Positions 24,851-39,019 of a stretch of DNA of 64,000 bases are shown here, in pieces. Each line of letters opens with the position of its first letter. Within the stretch, counting starts at the first letter, position 1. The translations under genes and the position numbers were made by a program. The notes below the pieces were generated by a model. That model did no database searches and had not been told where the DNA came from. It saw only the letters and a program-made list of their open reading frames with translations. Source of the DNA: Laetmonice hystrix (lineage: Eukaryota); assembly GCA_965235115.1 (NCBI GenBank), contig OZ249436.1:3164001-3228000 (forward strand), in the 5' to 3' direction.

Positions 24851-26581
24851 CATGCTATCCCTGGTCCTGTTCCTAACCCTCGCCTCCCTGCCTGTCCCTT
24901 ACACCCCCTGGTCACAGTGCTATCCCTGGCCCTGCTCCCCCCCCATGCCTGTCCCATACGCCCCCCCTGGTCACAGTGCTATCCCTGGCCCTGCTCCCCC
25001 CCATGCCTGTCCCATACGTCCCCCCAGGTCACAGTGCTATCCCTGGCCCTGCTCCCCCCCATGCCTGTCCCATACGCCTCCCCCTGGTCACAGTGCTGTC
25101 CCTGGCCCTGCCCCCCCCATGCCTGTCCCATACGCCCCCCCCCCAGGTCACAGTGCTATACCTGGCCCTGCTCCCCCCCCCCATGCCTGTCCCACACGTC
25201 CCCCTGGTCACAGTGCTATTCCTGGCCCTGCTCTGCTGCTAACCTCCCCCCCCCCCCATGCCTGTCCAATATGTCCCCCCCCCCCCCGTGACAGTGAGCT
25301 ATCCCTGCGCCGAAATCCTCACCCCTGCCCCCTCCCATATTTCATGGGAGGATTGTTACCTTGTCAGTGTTGTTTGATTTAAACCATGGCAGAAATTTAG
25401 TTGATTTAAACCATGGCAGAACTCTAGTTTGATTTAAACCATGGCAGAAATCTAGTTTTTTTAAACCCCATGCTATCCCTGGTCCTGTTCCTAACCCTTG
25501 CCCCCCCTGCCTGTCCCTTACACCCCCTGGTCACAGTGCTATCCCTGGCCCTGCTCCCCCCCCATGCCTGTCCCATACGTCCCCCCAGGTCACAGTGCTA
25601 TCCCTGGCCCTGCTCCCCCCCATGCCTGTCCCATACGTCCCCCCTGGTCACAGTGCTATCCCTGGCCCTGCTCCCCCCCCATGCCTGTCCCATACGCCCC
25701 CCCCTGGTCACAGTGCTATCCCTGGCCCTGCTCCCCCCCATGCCTGTCCCATACGTCCCCCCAGGTCACAGTGCTATCCCTGGCCCTGCTCCCCCCCATG
25801 CCTGTCCCATACGCCTCCCCCTAGTCACAGTGCTGTCCCTGGCCCTGCCCCCCCCCCATGCCTGTCCCATACGCCCCCCCCCCAGGTCACAGTGCTATCC
25901 CTGGCCATGCTCCCCCCCTTATGCCTGTCCCATACGCCCCCCCTGGTCACAGTGCTGTCCCTGGCCATGCTCCCCCCCTTATGCCTGTCCCATACGTCCC
26001 CCTGGTCACAGTGCTATCCCTGGCCCTGCTCCCCCCCATGCCTGTCCCATACGCCCCCCCCCTGGTCACAGTGCTATCCCTGGCCCTGCTCCCCCCCATG
26101 CCTGTCCCATACGCCCCCCCCCTGGTCACAGTGCTATCCCTGGCCCTGCTCCCCCCCCCCATGCCTGTCCCATACGTCCCCCCAGGTCACAGTGCTATAC
26201 CTGGCCCTGCTTCCCCCATGCCTGTCCCATACGTCCCCCCTGGTCACAGTGCTATCCCTGGCCCTCCCCCCCCCATGCCTGTCCCATACGTCCCCCCAGG
26301 TCACAGTGCTATACCTGGCCCTGCTCCCCCCCCATGCCTGTCCCATACGTCCCCCCAGGTCACAGTGCTATACCTGGCCCTGCTCCCCCCCCCCCCATGC
26401 CTGTCCCATACGTCCCCCCAGGTCACAGTGCTATTCCTGGCCCTGCTCTGCTGCTAACCTCCCCCCCCCCCCCATGCCTGTCCAATATGTCCCCCCCCCC
26501 GTGACAGTGAGCTATCCCTGCGCCGAAATCCTCACCCCTGCCCCCTCCCATATTTCATGGGAGGATTGTTACCTTGTCAGT
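24850..26581. repeat. C-rich ~60-bp VNTR in two duplicated blocks
   Basis: CCTGGTCACAGTGCTATCCCTGGCCCTGCTCCCCCCATGCCTGTCCCATACG unit with variable C-runs. Confidence 0.9.
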
Positions 26582-27566
26582 TTGGGGGAATAACCGACTT
26601 TAAACCTTCATGCTGCAAAATATACTTGATGTGAACTAAAGACTTGCTCACATGGTACAGAAGAAGGTCGGAAGGGACTCGGAATCAAATTGTTAAAAGT
26701 CTAGGAAGATTTTGTTTCTGAAAAGCCAGCCATCCATATAAATGTGAGGCTGCTGTGTCATCTAGTAAGAGTTGGCAGCAGATGATATATATACCCCCCT
26801 ATGTATAATGTTATATTGAATGGAAGAGACTTTAATTTTTAAAAAAATAATGAAAAGTCCCAAGAAATAATGCCAAGTTGCTCTTTTTGACTGGTTGTGT
26901 GATTGTTTTAGGCCCAAACTCTGGTTTTCTATGTCCTAAACAAAATTTGTTCTAGAGTTGCCTTGTTGAACAAATTCCCTGGCATGCATCCAGTTTTTAT
27001 TTTTAAAGGGGCACAACTTTTTGACGGACTTTTCTTATAATATGTTCTTATAATATCTTATAATAATAATATGTTACAGGGCATAATTTACCCCATATCG
27101 CATCACAGTTTGCTACCCCTTTGCGATTCAAAAACAGTACGCTTCGCAATGAATTACTATTCAAATCCCTTCAGAGTAGCAGTCACTGTGAATCAATTCT
27201 TCTGAAGTAAATTATGTCCTGTGTTATATGAAACCATAAAGAGCTCCGTATTAAATATTCCTAGCAGTTATCCTATCAAGCCCCAGCCAGCCCCCAAAGT
27301 GAATTTTGCCATACATGTACACCAAAATTCCGTAGAGAGGGGCGTGGTCCCAAGTGGCCCTGTTTGAAGAACTTTATGCCATTTCTTGGCCAAGACAACG
27401 GTTTTCGCCCAAATTTTTATGGTTTGCATTTTTAACTATGAATGGATTCAAAAGCCGTTTGAAAGTACTATTCTTCCAATTGTGTCCCTTTCAAGCATAT
27501 TGTGCAAAGAGAGAGAGGGGTGAAAAATCAGCCACATTAGGATTTATCTTATTTGTTTTTTGGCAG

Positions 27567-27717
27567 GCCCGGTTCCATCGTTGGTGGAGTTGGGGTCACA
27601 GGCAGTGGCCTTACACATCCCATTTGAAGTGGTTGAACACTTCTACCCACCAATACCAGAGCAACTCCAGCTCCGGATTGCCTTCTGGAGCTTTGCTGAG
27701 AACGAGGAGGACATCAG
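27567..27717 (+). CDS. ZSWIM8: ZSWIM8 coding exon 2 (BC-box/Cul2-box region)
   Basis: PVPSLVELGSQAVALHIPFEVVEHFYPPIPEQLQLRIAFWSFAENEEDI(R); AG/GT, phases match. Confidence 0.93.
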
Positions 27718-28744
27718 GTCAGTATAGGTTTCTTGTTTGGGACAGGATTTACATAGTCTCCGTTGTTTTGGTTTACATATATAAATTTGCATTTTACTGT
27801 TTACACTGTCTTAATAATATGTTCTGCTCACTGATGAAGAAACATGTAAAATGTTTTATGGGCCCTGCGGGAAAATGACAAAAGAGCCTTTACTTAGCCT
27901 CAGTATACAATGGGGCTGGGACTTATTTGTTTCTATCACACTTAAATCCTGATGAATTCCAATAATTTTGGCATCCAGAATTCTTCACCTGTATCAAACT
28001 TCTGGTAGATCATCTATCTGATCTTAGAAAGATGAATTTAACTGGAAGGCAGCAATAAACGTCTTGTTCTTGGTGCTCTATTATTGTTAGAAACAAGCAA
28101 GAACTAAGGCTGAGAGTGAGATTTCAAACCATCTGCCAACCCTTTCTGCATTCTGCGGAATCTTTCCGCATTTGTATGAGGTATTCCGCATTACTCTCTA
28201 CCTATTACGGAATCATAAAATTTACAGAATAAGTATAGATTGCCTCCAAATACATGTTAAATCTCTCGCTCATGGCAGAGTTTCACTGGCAAAAAGATCG
28301 TTTATGGTCCCTGCCATATAACTATAGATCTCGAGACTAAGTTTATTAAATCAGAGTTGTGCTTTCTGTCAGTAATGGAGAGGAAGAGAGAGAGATGGAT
28401 AAAAGAAAGAGGACCCATAAGTTATTTAGAGAGAATATCAAAGGTCAATTTGGGATGAAATCTTCCGGATTCTGTCGACCAAATGTTGGCAGGTATGTGA
28501 ATGAGAGTGATTGTATTGTGAAAGATGATCAAGCCATATTGACTCATGCCCGATGCCTTCAGTATCGTAAACAATTCCTTGGACTAAAATTGTACATGTG
28601 CTTCTTGCAAAGTATGGATTCTTCTACATGAACGATCTTCAGACAATTAACCATCTAATTAGCCATCAGTTAGATTTTTAAAAGATCAAGTTTGTTACTT
28701 TTTGTATATATAACGACTGGTAATTGATGGATGTAAACCTCTGT

Positions 28745-29328
28745 CTGCACAGGCCAAGTTTATATGAAAATATGCTCACTAAAGGCACAGGCTAAGTTTA
28801 TATAAAAATATGCTCACTGAAGGCACAGGCCAAGTTTATATAAAAATATGCTCACTGAAGGCACAGGCCAAGTTTATATAAAAATATGCTCACTGAAGGC
28901 ACAGGCCAAGTTTATATAAAAATATGCTCACTGAAGGCACAGGCCAAGTTTATATAAAAATATGCTCACTGAAGGCACAGGCTAAGTTTATATAAAAATA
29001 TGCTCACTGAAGGCACAGGCCAAGTTTATATAAAAATATGCTCACTGAAGGCACAGGCCAAGTTTATATAAAAATGTGCTCCTTCTGTGCTCACTGAAGG
29101 CACAGGCCAAGTTTATATAAAAATATGCTCACTGAAGGCACAGGCCAAGTTTATATAAAAATGTGCTCACTGAAGGCACAGGCCAAGTTTATATAAAAAT
29201 GTGCTCACTGAAGGCACAGGCCAAGTTTATATAAAAATATGCTCACTGAAGGCACAGGCCAAGTTTATATAAAAATGTGCTCACTGAAGGCACAGGCCAA
29301 GTTTATATAAAAATGTGCTCACTGAAGG
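28745..29328. repeat. Minisatellite, 38-bp unit x~15
   Basis: GCACAGGCCAAGTTTATATAAAAATATGCTCACTGAAG repeated. Confidence 0.95.
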
Positions 29329-31312
29329 CTTTAGAGACTTCTTGATTGATGCATTGTATACAAACAACTAGCTTGACAAGCTGTTCAAAAATTAACCAAT
29401 TCAAATCTGATATTGATCAGTAAGAGTGAGCAGCACTTCGAGTAGACCTACGAAATAGGGACCTGCAAAATCTTAGTGATAGAAATCTATGTGGGTCTAC
29501 CAACCAGGTATGAACCGTGAGGTCACACGGTACGTTCACTGGCTGTCATCGACAGGGGCATGATTTATTTGTACAACTTACAAGTACAAAAAGTGTTCAG
29601 ATGGCTGACCAGATGGATGGCGTCGCAGCATTATTCAAAGTTCTATTTTTGTTGACGTCTAAAAATGTGTTGTTTTTTACATTGAACAATGTGTTGATCC
29701 TCTGGAAGATCCAAATTGACTTTTAAATGGGGAAACATCAGTCCTGGGCTGCTTTTGTAATGACTGATCTACGAGGCAAATTTTAATAAATAGCAATATC
29801 AACAATGGCTTTGTGCACCACTTAGGGTTAGAAATATCAACAATTGTTTGGTGCCCCCACTTAGGAACAGTAGAATATACCACTTAAGTTAATCTAAAAT
29901 CCTGTTGATATCATGACATGAATTCCCAAAAATTAGCCATTTCCTGACGTTATAATTCCCAAGACAATGAAAGCTAAAAGATTGTTACCTCACAGGATTA
30001 AAGTTTGCCTGTCTGGCTTCAGAATCCTAAATGTTTTGAGAAAACCCAGACAGATATTGTATTAGTATTGACAGTGTTTAGCATCGAATTCCAGTAAAAG
30101 CTATTTTGTTATCAAAGAATACTAGAAACAAGAGCAAGGAACCTACGTTATTACATGGTCAATCTGAAGATAGTTAGAACATTAGAGTATTGTTTATAAT
30201 GGCATGACATTTCCAGCTGAAATCTCTACTCATGCTGCTTTTTTTTACATCAGAGAACACCCCATAAATTAAACGTACCAGTAATTAAAACCTTGAGTGT
30301 CGGTTCTAATTTTTATACAGTGGGAAGTGATGTTTGACTCCAGTAATTATGTACATGGCAGCTTGTTTTTATTTCTTTTTATCTCAAGTGTGTGTCTAAA
30401 ACAGCTCTCTAAATCCATTAGTATGATTACTAGGAACTGAATTAGCGAAGAAAATTATGTTTCATCAAAAATGGTTAAGTGCTGATTTCTTGTCAGGCAT
30501 AATTGCGAGGTTAGTAAGTAGGTAGAAGCATAGAATGATAAGAACCAACCAGAGATATTTTAAAGTAGATACAAGCTTTGGCTGACATGGTTTAAGTCAA
30601 GAGTTGTGGCGGCCACAGAGAATGAACCAGGAGAACTTTGGCCCCACCCAGTGTTATCCTATTGTGAAAAGAGGCCACAACCCAGTTCTGTCATATTGTC
30701 TTTCTATCTGGTGTGGCGCCCAAATACCAGCTTGTCATCATTCACGGCTAGGTGACAGTCTTCTATCCGGTCAGTCTCGTATCTCTGAGTTAGATCATCC
30801 ACAACCAAACGATTGTGTTACAGAATCTCTGTGAGAATTGTTAATAATCTTCATGTGTAGTGAACATCCCTTCAGTGATTAGGAGTTCATAAATCAAGGA
30901 TAGTCAGGCATGATAAAATGTGGAAATATACTCTAGAAATAAAAAAAAAACACACAAAGAAATAAAAACAAGACAAGACAGAGTAACATGTTGGGTTGAA
31001 AAAGTGTTAATTTTCTGCCAGCCTGCTTAATGTTGTATCTTAGACTGAAGATTTGGCATGAAGCAGTCATCTACAGAGCTTTAGCAAGCTTCAGGCTGCA
31101 TATAGATGCTATCCAAACATAACAAAGAAAGCCCAGTTTTGAGGTTAGCACTAAGATAGAGAGTGTTGTGTCATATTTATTGTGTCATGTATCGGTGTCA
31201 GTCCAGTTTGTCAACCTGTCAGAATACAGCCTTCCTCGGTCCAGCTACCATAGTTCTTCATCAATATGTCCATAAAGCAAAAATAAATGATTTATTCTGT
31301 CTCTTTGTTTAG

Positions 31313-31407
31313 ATTATATTCGTGCCTTGCCAATGGTAGTGCCGATGAATTCCAGAAGGGGGAGCACCTGTACAAGGCACGAGGGGTACGGGATGCCTTA
31401 CAAATAG
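31313..31407 (+). CDS. ZSWIM8: ZSWIM8 coding exon 3
   Basis: LYSCLANGSADEFQKGEHLYKARGVRDALQI(G); ttag| ... |gtgagt. Confidence 0.93.
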
Positions 31408-31582
31408 GTGAGTATATATCATCTACTTTTTTCATCACAAGCTAATAATGAGAGTGAATGGCTCATGTTTGGAAAAGTTCGGCTTGGTGGTCAAAATATT
31501 CCGATCTTGATGAATTTCGTTTCATGCCAGTAGGTGAGCTCCTATGTAAGAAATGATCATTTACATGGTATTATTTTTTCAG

Positions 31583-31755
31583 GGTTCCATCTAAGTGCAA
31601 CAGTTGTGCCACCCCAGAACCTTACCCAGGCTAAAGGGGCGTTCAATGTGGCAGTGATGTTTGATCGACGTCGGATCACGTCGTGTAGCTGTACGTGTGG
31701 TAACGTCTCATGGTGCGCACACGTCGTAGCGCTCTGCCTCTTCCGTATCCATCAG
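31583..31755 (+). CDS. ZSWIM8: ZSWIM8 coding exon 4 (SWIM zinc finger)
   Basis: FHLSATV...FNVAVMFDRRRITSCSCTCGNVSWCAHVVALCLFRIHQ; CxC...CxH motif. Confidence 0.95.
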
Positions 31756-32502
31756 GTATGTTTGACCCATGGGAGCTGGGCAGCCGGAGATAACTTTTGG
31801 ACTCGCTTTCCGAAGTTAAAACAAAACAAGACATGATGCAGTTTTATGTTGTCCATGATTTTTTAGGTTTCCCAGGTACCAGAGTGGACCGGGCCTGGAT
31901 CTTTTCAACACTCTTCCTGTTTAAAGGGTCGCTCATAATTTTCTTGGAACATTAGACACATAAGGCCAGTGTTCTCCAAAATTCTGGATCTAGCCACACA
32001 GGCAGCGAGTGTTTGCTGGACAAAATGACCAATGTAACCGTGAAAATGTAGAATAATGTCGACGACCAGTCCTGACCGAATGTGCAAAGTATTTCAGGAG
32101 CATTGAATTTGGTTAAAAGGTTCATATGTAATACTGGTGGGTTCTGGTGAATTCAGATAATTTTTACCGCTACACTGTTCCAGTAACAGTGTAGTGTACC
32201 TAGTGTAGTGGTTTTAAAAGCAAAAAGCGTTGAACAATGTCGATGACCGTCGGTCATGACTGAACATTTTTCGGGAGCACTGATATTGGCTAAACTGGAT
32301 CTTAGGTAGTCAGTAGGTTCATATGTAATACTGGTGGGTTCTGTTGAATTCAGATAATTTTTACTGAGCACTGTTCCATTAACAGTGTAACAGTGTAGTG
32401 TACAGTGTAGTGGTTAACAATGTGGTGGATCGTTAAGCTGAAGTAAGCTCATGAGAACTCATGAGGTACATTGATGGTGCTGACACCCCCCGTCTTGTAT
32501 TG

Positions 32503-32606
32503 CAGGGGCGGATCTAGGGTCTATATTCAGGGGGGGTCCTGGGGGGGGGGGGGGTCCAGCATAAAAAGGGCAAATTGAGGGGGGGGGGGTCCTGGATCTG
32601 CCACTG
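32503..32606. mobile_element. MITE, CAGGGGCGGATC family, 5-bp TSD
   Basis: CAGGGGCGGATC...GATCTGCCACTG flanked by TATTG on both sides. Confidence 0.75.
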
Positions 32607-33364
32607 TATTGAACTAAAATCTGAACGATACATCCGGTTTTGACCCATTCGAAATATTTGTTAACAAACAAAATGTAAACTGTGTGATAAAAACCATGTT
32701 GATCTGGTTTATAAAAGATTCACCTAAGCGAACAGTACATTGACCAATCTATGCGACAGTCAGAAGGTCACACAAGTAATGCTCACTTTAATAGAGTATC
32801 CATAGACGTGTGTTGTGTACTCGAGAAAAGTGTCAGTAAGACGGAAGGATATAAACAGGTGAAGAAAGCTACAATCTAGATTCTGTGATCTCCAGTCAGT
32901 CAGTTAAAACATTTCTGTTTGTGAAAGCTTTTGTGGATTTTGTCGAGTTGCCATCCTCAAACACCCAGTTTTAGGTCAGAGAGTTTTCCTAAGATCTGGG
33001 TCGACAATAAATCTTCCGAATTAATGTTTACGGACGAGTCTCTGTTCTCTAAACCAGGTAGAATTTCAATACGTTCATTCACATTGTTTTATATTTTTGC
33101 CCATAGACGGAGAGTGTGTCAGTTTTCATTTAAATATTATAGAATCGTGGCAGTTTGTGGAGATTTGTACTGAGGATGACTAAATGATTTGGTAGAACTA
33201 GGGAGGAATGGATGGTCGACCTGTGGAGACACGAGAAAGTGTGCCAATTGAGTGCATCCAGGTCAGTGAATCCAGCGATCATGACGAAGATTGATTGATT
33301 TAATTGATCAATTGGTTTGAGCTCATCATCTGCTAATGATTGGTTGAGGCAGGCCGGACATAGA

Positions 33365-33505
33365 CCTGGGCCCGGTCCTGGGCCCGGTCCTGGGCCTGAT
33401 GCTGGGCCTGGTCCTGGGCCTGGTCCTGGGCCTGGTCCTGGGCCTGGTGCTGGGCCTGGTCCTGGGCCCGGTCCTGGGCCCGGTCCTGGGCCCGGTCCTT
33501 GGCCC
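33365..33505. repeat. Short tandem repeat (GGTCCTGGGCCY)n
   Basis: 12-bp unit; generates the spurious poly-GP ORF. Confidence 0.9.
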
Positions 33506-34074
33506 GCTGGGTCGTACTTGGTTCATTTCATTAAATTTTCATTCACACTCTGGGCTTACTGCTGCGTTCAACCATACTTTACGTGGTGCACTCTCAGGTG
33601 ACCTATGACCTTTGACCTCAGGGCTCAGTTTCCATGCCTTTGAAAACATTGTTGAGTGTTTTTTGAAGGAGTGAGGCTGTTCTTGGTCCAGCTGTCTGTG
33701 GGCCAGCTGTGTTTACTGTAAATATAAAAGTTTGAGTTGAGATACGGATGTAACCTCCTACAGAATGAAGTCGAGGGGGGAAAATGACTCAGTCTTTGTA
33801 CATGGCTGGGATGTATGTCCCGTGGTCTGCACTGTAACTCTGTATAACTAAGTTATATCAAGAAACATGATATTGCTGTGACTACCGGTAGTTTTGGTGT
33901 GCTGTTTTAATTATGATGAACATAATGATCAAGGCCAGGTCATCTGTAATTAGTGATCAGCATACCCATGAGGAAACAGATGGGCGGCAGTTAACATGAG
34001 CCCAGATCATCTGTTGAAACTAGAGTGGCCTGTACCTATAACGTCTGATGTCCTGTGGGCCTGTAGGAAATTAT

Positions 34075-34485
34075 AACGTTTGCTTGCTCAGTTACTTACT
34101 ATGTGACTGCAGCAGTTGGCCATGAGGTGTACGTTTGCTTGCTCAGTTACTTACTATGTGATTGCAGCAGTTGGCCATGAGGTGTACCTTTGCTTGCTCA
34201 GTTACTTACTATGTGACTGCAGCAGTTGGCCATGAGGTGTACGTTTACTTGCTCAGTTACTTACTATGTGACTGCAGCAGTTGGCCATGAGGTGTACCTT
34301 TGCTTGCTCAGTTACTTACTATGTGACTGCAGCAGTTGGCCATGAGGTGTACCTTTGCTTGCTCAGTTACTTACTTACTATGTGACTGCAGCAGGTGGCC
34401 ATGAGGTGTACCTTTGCTTGCTCAGTTACTTACTTACTATGTGACTGCAGCAGTTGGCCATGAGGTGTACCTTTGCTTGCTCAGT
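34075..34485. repeat. Minisatellite, 55-bp unit x~7
   Basis: TTTGCTTGCTCAGTTACTTACTATGTGACTGCAGCAGTTGGCCATGAGGTGTAC repeated. Confidence 0.93.
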
Positions 34486-37149
34486 ATTGCTCCCTGGGAC
34501 CTGGGCCCTAAGTCTGACTGCGGTTTATACATGGGAGTGACTTACACATGGTCTGGTGCCAGGTGATGAGGGAGGGGACCTTCTTTGTTCTGACATGGTT
34601 GGTGAGATCACTGCAGCATCATTTCTATTGGGTCAATCGGTCACTGAGTCCCGGACCCAAACACATCGGATTCTTACCTGTGGACCCCCCCCCCCCCCCC
34701 CCAAATGTAATGGTAGCGCCGTACACACATGGAATGAACTCATTGACCACTCACTGCCCATTGACCACTTCCTGGATGGACATACATAGGCGGGTTGGCA
34801 ATATGTTAATGAGGGTTAGGAATTCCCCAGAGGTGGAGGTAATAATTGCTGCAGTCCACGCATCTGTCCTCACACGGTAACACGCGTGTGGCCGGCCTTG
34901 ACCTCATGACCGCAGCCTTGACCCCAGGCGGCTGCCTTCAGCAGGTTGAGCATGGCGTTCATGTTATCATGTCTCCCCCCCCCCTCCCCGCCCACAATGA
35001 CATCAGACACACCTCGACAATCATACCTTGTTATAATGACAAGATGCCAGCCACACAAAAACAAAGTCTTGAATTCCTTTTCTTTCACTCCTTTGACTTT
35101 GCAAGAAATGTTGAATTTTTCGAATCGCTTTAAAGATGAAAATTGTTTCTGAATGTTTGTCTTACTCACATTATGTAATATTTATTATTAAGTGATTGTA
35201 ATTCTTACAAGATAACGTTTTATGTCATTAATGTTCATTCAATTATTTGAAGTATGGAGCATTTGGAATGTATAGGAATACTTAGAATACTAAATATTGT
35301 ATAGAATCTGTTAATGAGGACAAGCTCCGTCATGTTATGCACAAAGGTTCACAATGTAAGGTCCCCGTACGGGGCGCAGCGGTCATAGGCAGACCAATTG
35401 AATTTCCCAAATTGATATGTCTATCTGTAATTATATAAAAAACTAATTGAATCCCCCCCCCGCAAAAAAAAAGAAAAATCGTGTGTACGAGGAGTATTTC
35501 ACTCAGATAACTTCAATCTAAACACGTTGTTCCATAAACAGTTTTGCATATAAGTAAATTTAAAGTCATAGATTGGAATAAGAATTTATTGAAACCAATT
35601 ATAATGCCATAATTCTAATTTAGCATTTTATGACTTTTTCACTAGGTTTATTTTAGGAAATTTAAGGTCATCAGATTGTGATTGGTCAAGCATGTTGTCT
35701 GAGGCATGATCCTCCGGGCCAGTTGCTTACAATAATCATTTGTGAACTTCAGTAAGGAGAGTGGTAGAGTTCCATGGTAGGATTTCCTGAGTGAGAGACT
35801 GCATTCTGTGCTGAGGTCACGGTGGGTGTAATTAAAGGTGCACAGAGAAAGGTATATACCTGCAGGAAAGAGCCATTGCTATAGACTGCTGCCCTGGAGG
35901 TGTTGCCAGTTTTATGTACATTTTACTAAAGGGTCTGAAACCTTTAGTTCGCATCTGGATTTCATCATGGGCAGAGAGAGGGAGGCTCTTCACCAGTAAA
36001 TCTAGGTCACACTTCACCCCGCGTGACCTGCAGAGGTCGCTAGTGTAGCTCTCCTCGTGCCAGTCAGGGAGTTGGACCCTGGAGAGAGACAGTCTTACCA
36101 CAGTGGGCCTTTAGATCACGTGACAGCTCAGGGCCAAATAAAGTGGAACAGAAAGATCACCTTCTTCAACTCTGATGATTGATATATTCTTCAACTCTGA
36201 TGATTGATATTTAGTCTTTTTACTTGGCTGGCAGAAATTTACAAAAGTTAGGGTGAGGGTGGAAAATATAGCCGTGTCGTAAAACTCTGTCAGATTAAAC
36301 TAGGTTTTAAAACTCGCAAGATCTGGATCAAATACACAAAATAAGTTGTAATCTTCAGAGCTGACGTTTAAAATTAAAGGATCTACAGGCGATCTGATCA
36401 GTGTTTCAAGCAATCTTTAATGAGATTTTGGTTTGATCTTACGTATGATCCTTGGACTACTTCATAGTAGTTGAATGGTGAGAGGAGGAGGAGGATTAAA
36501 CTTGTCTGGATGAAGGAGACTTGGGTCCTGTTTTAGTTTTCCTTGTCAGTGGGTCACCTTGTAAAGTGAATCCCAGACAGTGACAGTCTACCAGTGACCC
36601 CATCTGGCGGTGACCCCATGTATCGGTGACCCCTATCTACTGGTGACCCCTATCTAGGGGACGGTTCCAAAACATAGTTTTTTTATGGTTTTTGGTTATG
36701 GGATAGTTATGTACGTACCAGAACTTGTACTGTAAATGGTGACATATTCACAATACATTCTCATTTGGACCTTTCACGTACGTCTGTTCTACGTAGATTT
36801 TACTATTTGTACATGTATATTCCAGTTTATGCATTTGCTGGCGTAGTAGTGAATGCGTGAATTTTTGTGTGCAAATTCCATCACGTAAAATAACTGAAAA
36901 TTTCTGCATGCGAAAATCTGAGGGTTTACAGTGTTTCATCTTGCCTCCGAGCATGAAGGCAAACATGTCTCTGTACTGCCCCGGGACATAAAGGGATGTA
37001 GACTTGTCTGTCAGTGCCAACAATTGGTTTCTTCAGTTGTCATTTCCGTCAACCATGAGGGAAAAAACGCAAGGAAAAAATGTTGATGCCTTCTGTAGAA
37101 CTGTAGCAGCATATTTGTGAGCCAAACCATATCTGTAACCTTTAGGTGT

Positions 37150-37475
37150 TGTGTGTCAGTTTGCAACCTTTGTTTTGAGACACGTGTGTCAGTTTGCAAC
37201 CTTTGTTTTAAGACACCTGTGTCAGTTTGCAACCTTTGTTTTAAGACACGTGTTTTTAAGACACGTGTGTCCGTTTGCAACCTTTGTTTTAAGGCACGTG
37301 TGTCAGTTTGCAACCTTTGTTTTAAGACATGTGTGTCAGTTTGCAACCTTTGTTTTAAGGCACGTGTGTCAGTTTGCAACCTTTGTATTAAGACACGTGT
37401 GTCAGTTTGCAACCTTTGTTTTAAGACACGTGTGTCAGTTTGCAACCTTTGTTTTAAGACACGTGTGTCAGTTTG
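37150..37475. repeat. Minisatellite, 33-bp unit x~10
   Basis: GTGTCAGTTTGCAACCTTTGTTTTAAGACACGT repeated. Confidence 0.93.
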
Positions 37476-38053
37476 TCTGATGACAATTAAGTTATTACAT
37501 TGACCGTTTTTATTTAAAAAGAGGCTAGAGGATAAAAGAGGACTAGGTTCTTTATTGTAATCTTTTCCCTGGTATTTAAAACAGAAAGAAAATGTGGTAG
37601 TTCTGTGTGAACTCTCACACTGGTAAATCTAGAGCATTGTATGTCAAAGGTCAAGTCTGAGCAAGTTCTGAGAACCTTTTTCAGGGACGGTCTTGGGGAA
37701 CTTAGGAATGAAGATTCTCTCAGTAATGAGGAATGAAGGTTCTCGCAATAATTGTTGAGGTCGTCCATGACAGGGCGTATCTATCAGGAATTCTCAACAT
37801 TGTGCAGTTGGTGCAGTTGTTCAGGTCAGATCCCTTCTAAACATTCTGACAGAGTGAGGTTCTCGTCTACCTTTGGGACTCAAGAAGTAACAGTTTTTAT
37901 ATAGGGTGACACGAGTCAGGAAAAAGACTTTCATGTGAAGTCTAATCACTAACCAGTGTTATCTAATGTAATATCACTGTCCAGTTAAAGAAACAACATT
38001 TGACTTGGTGCAGTCAGCCGGCAGGCCACAACAGTTGAATGTGATTGTGTGCA

Positions 38054-38532
38054 GCAAGCTTTACATTGACCAACAAGTTTTACATTGACCAACAAGTTTT
38101 ACATTGACCAACAAGTTTTACATTGACCAACAAGTTTTACATTGACCAACAAGTTTTACATTGACCAACAAGCTTTACATTGACCAACAAGTTTTACATT
38201 GACCAAGAAGTTTTACATTGACCAACAAGCTTTACATTGACCAACAAGTTTTACATCGTACCAACAAGTTTTACATTGACCAACAAGCTTTACATTGACC
38301 AACAAGTTTTATGTTGACCAACAAGCTTTACATCGTACCAACAAGTTTTACATTGACCAACAAGCTTTACATCGTACCAACAAGTTTTACATTGACCAAC
38401 AAGTTTTACATCGTACCAACAAGTTTTACAGTGTCCTAACAAGTTTAACACTGTGCCCCACAATCCTAACATTGTGACCACAAGCTTTACGTTATCTCTG
38501 GCAAGTTTTACATTGTTCCTAGTTTTACATTG
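38054..38532. repeat. Minisatellite, 19-bp unit, decaying toward the exon 5 acceptor
   Basis: CAAGTTTTACATTGACCAA repeated. Confidence 0.9.
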
Positions 38533-38550
38533 TGCCCGTCTGTGTTGCAG

Positions 38551-38658
38551 GCGTCTTCGGTGTGCCTGCGGGCGCCGGTCTCCGAGTCCCTCAACCGGTT
38601 ACATCGAGATCAGCTCCAGAAGTTTGCCCAGTACCTCATCAGTGAGTTACCTCAACAG
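38551..38658 (+). CDS. ZSWIM8: ZSWIM8 coding exon 5
   Basis: ASSVCLRAPVSESLNRLHRDQLQKFAQYLISELPQQ; ttgcag| ... |gtgagt. Confidence 0.94.
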
Positions 38659-39019
38659 GTGAGTCCTTAACCTCCACTCAGCCTTACTCCGAACACACAC
38701 TTAGATCTTTCAGTTTCATCCATTCATCCTCTCCTGGCCCTGGTTTCATAAAGCTAAGGAGAGCTACAGCAGCCCATAGGGCCGTGAAAATATCCATGAA
38801 AATCAATGCAAAAGTTAAAGTGTCTGTGTCCTCGTGAGCCACCGTAGCCCTGCTTAGCTTAAAGCTTACTGCTTAGAACCTTTAGGCTTAACTTAGAAGC
38901 ACGTTACATTTAATGAGTTTCCAAAGACTGGACAGTCTGGGTTAGTTATATTTCAGTTGACATGACTGCAGGAAGCCAGGAGATAAACAGAGTTTATAAA
39001 ACATGTATGCTGGTTTCAG

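Noticed and set aside
24852..26593. Long Pro-rich ORFs (up to 344 aa)
   Set aside because: Open in several frames because of a stop-poor 60-bp VNTR with frame-shifting C-runs inside ZSWIM8 intron 1
33317..33608. Poly-GP ORF
   Set aside because: 12-bp tandem repeat with no splice or homology support
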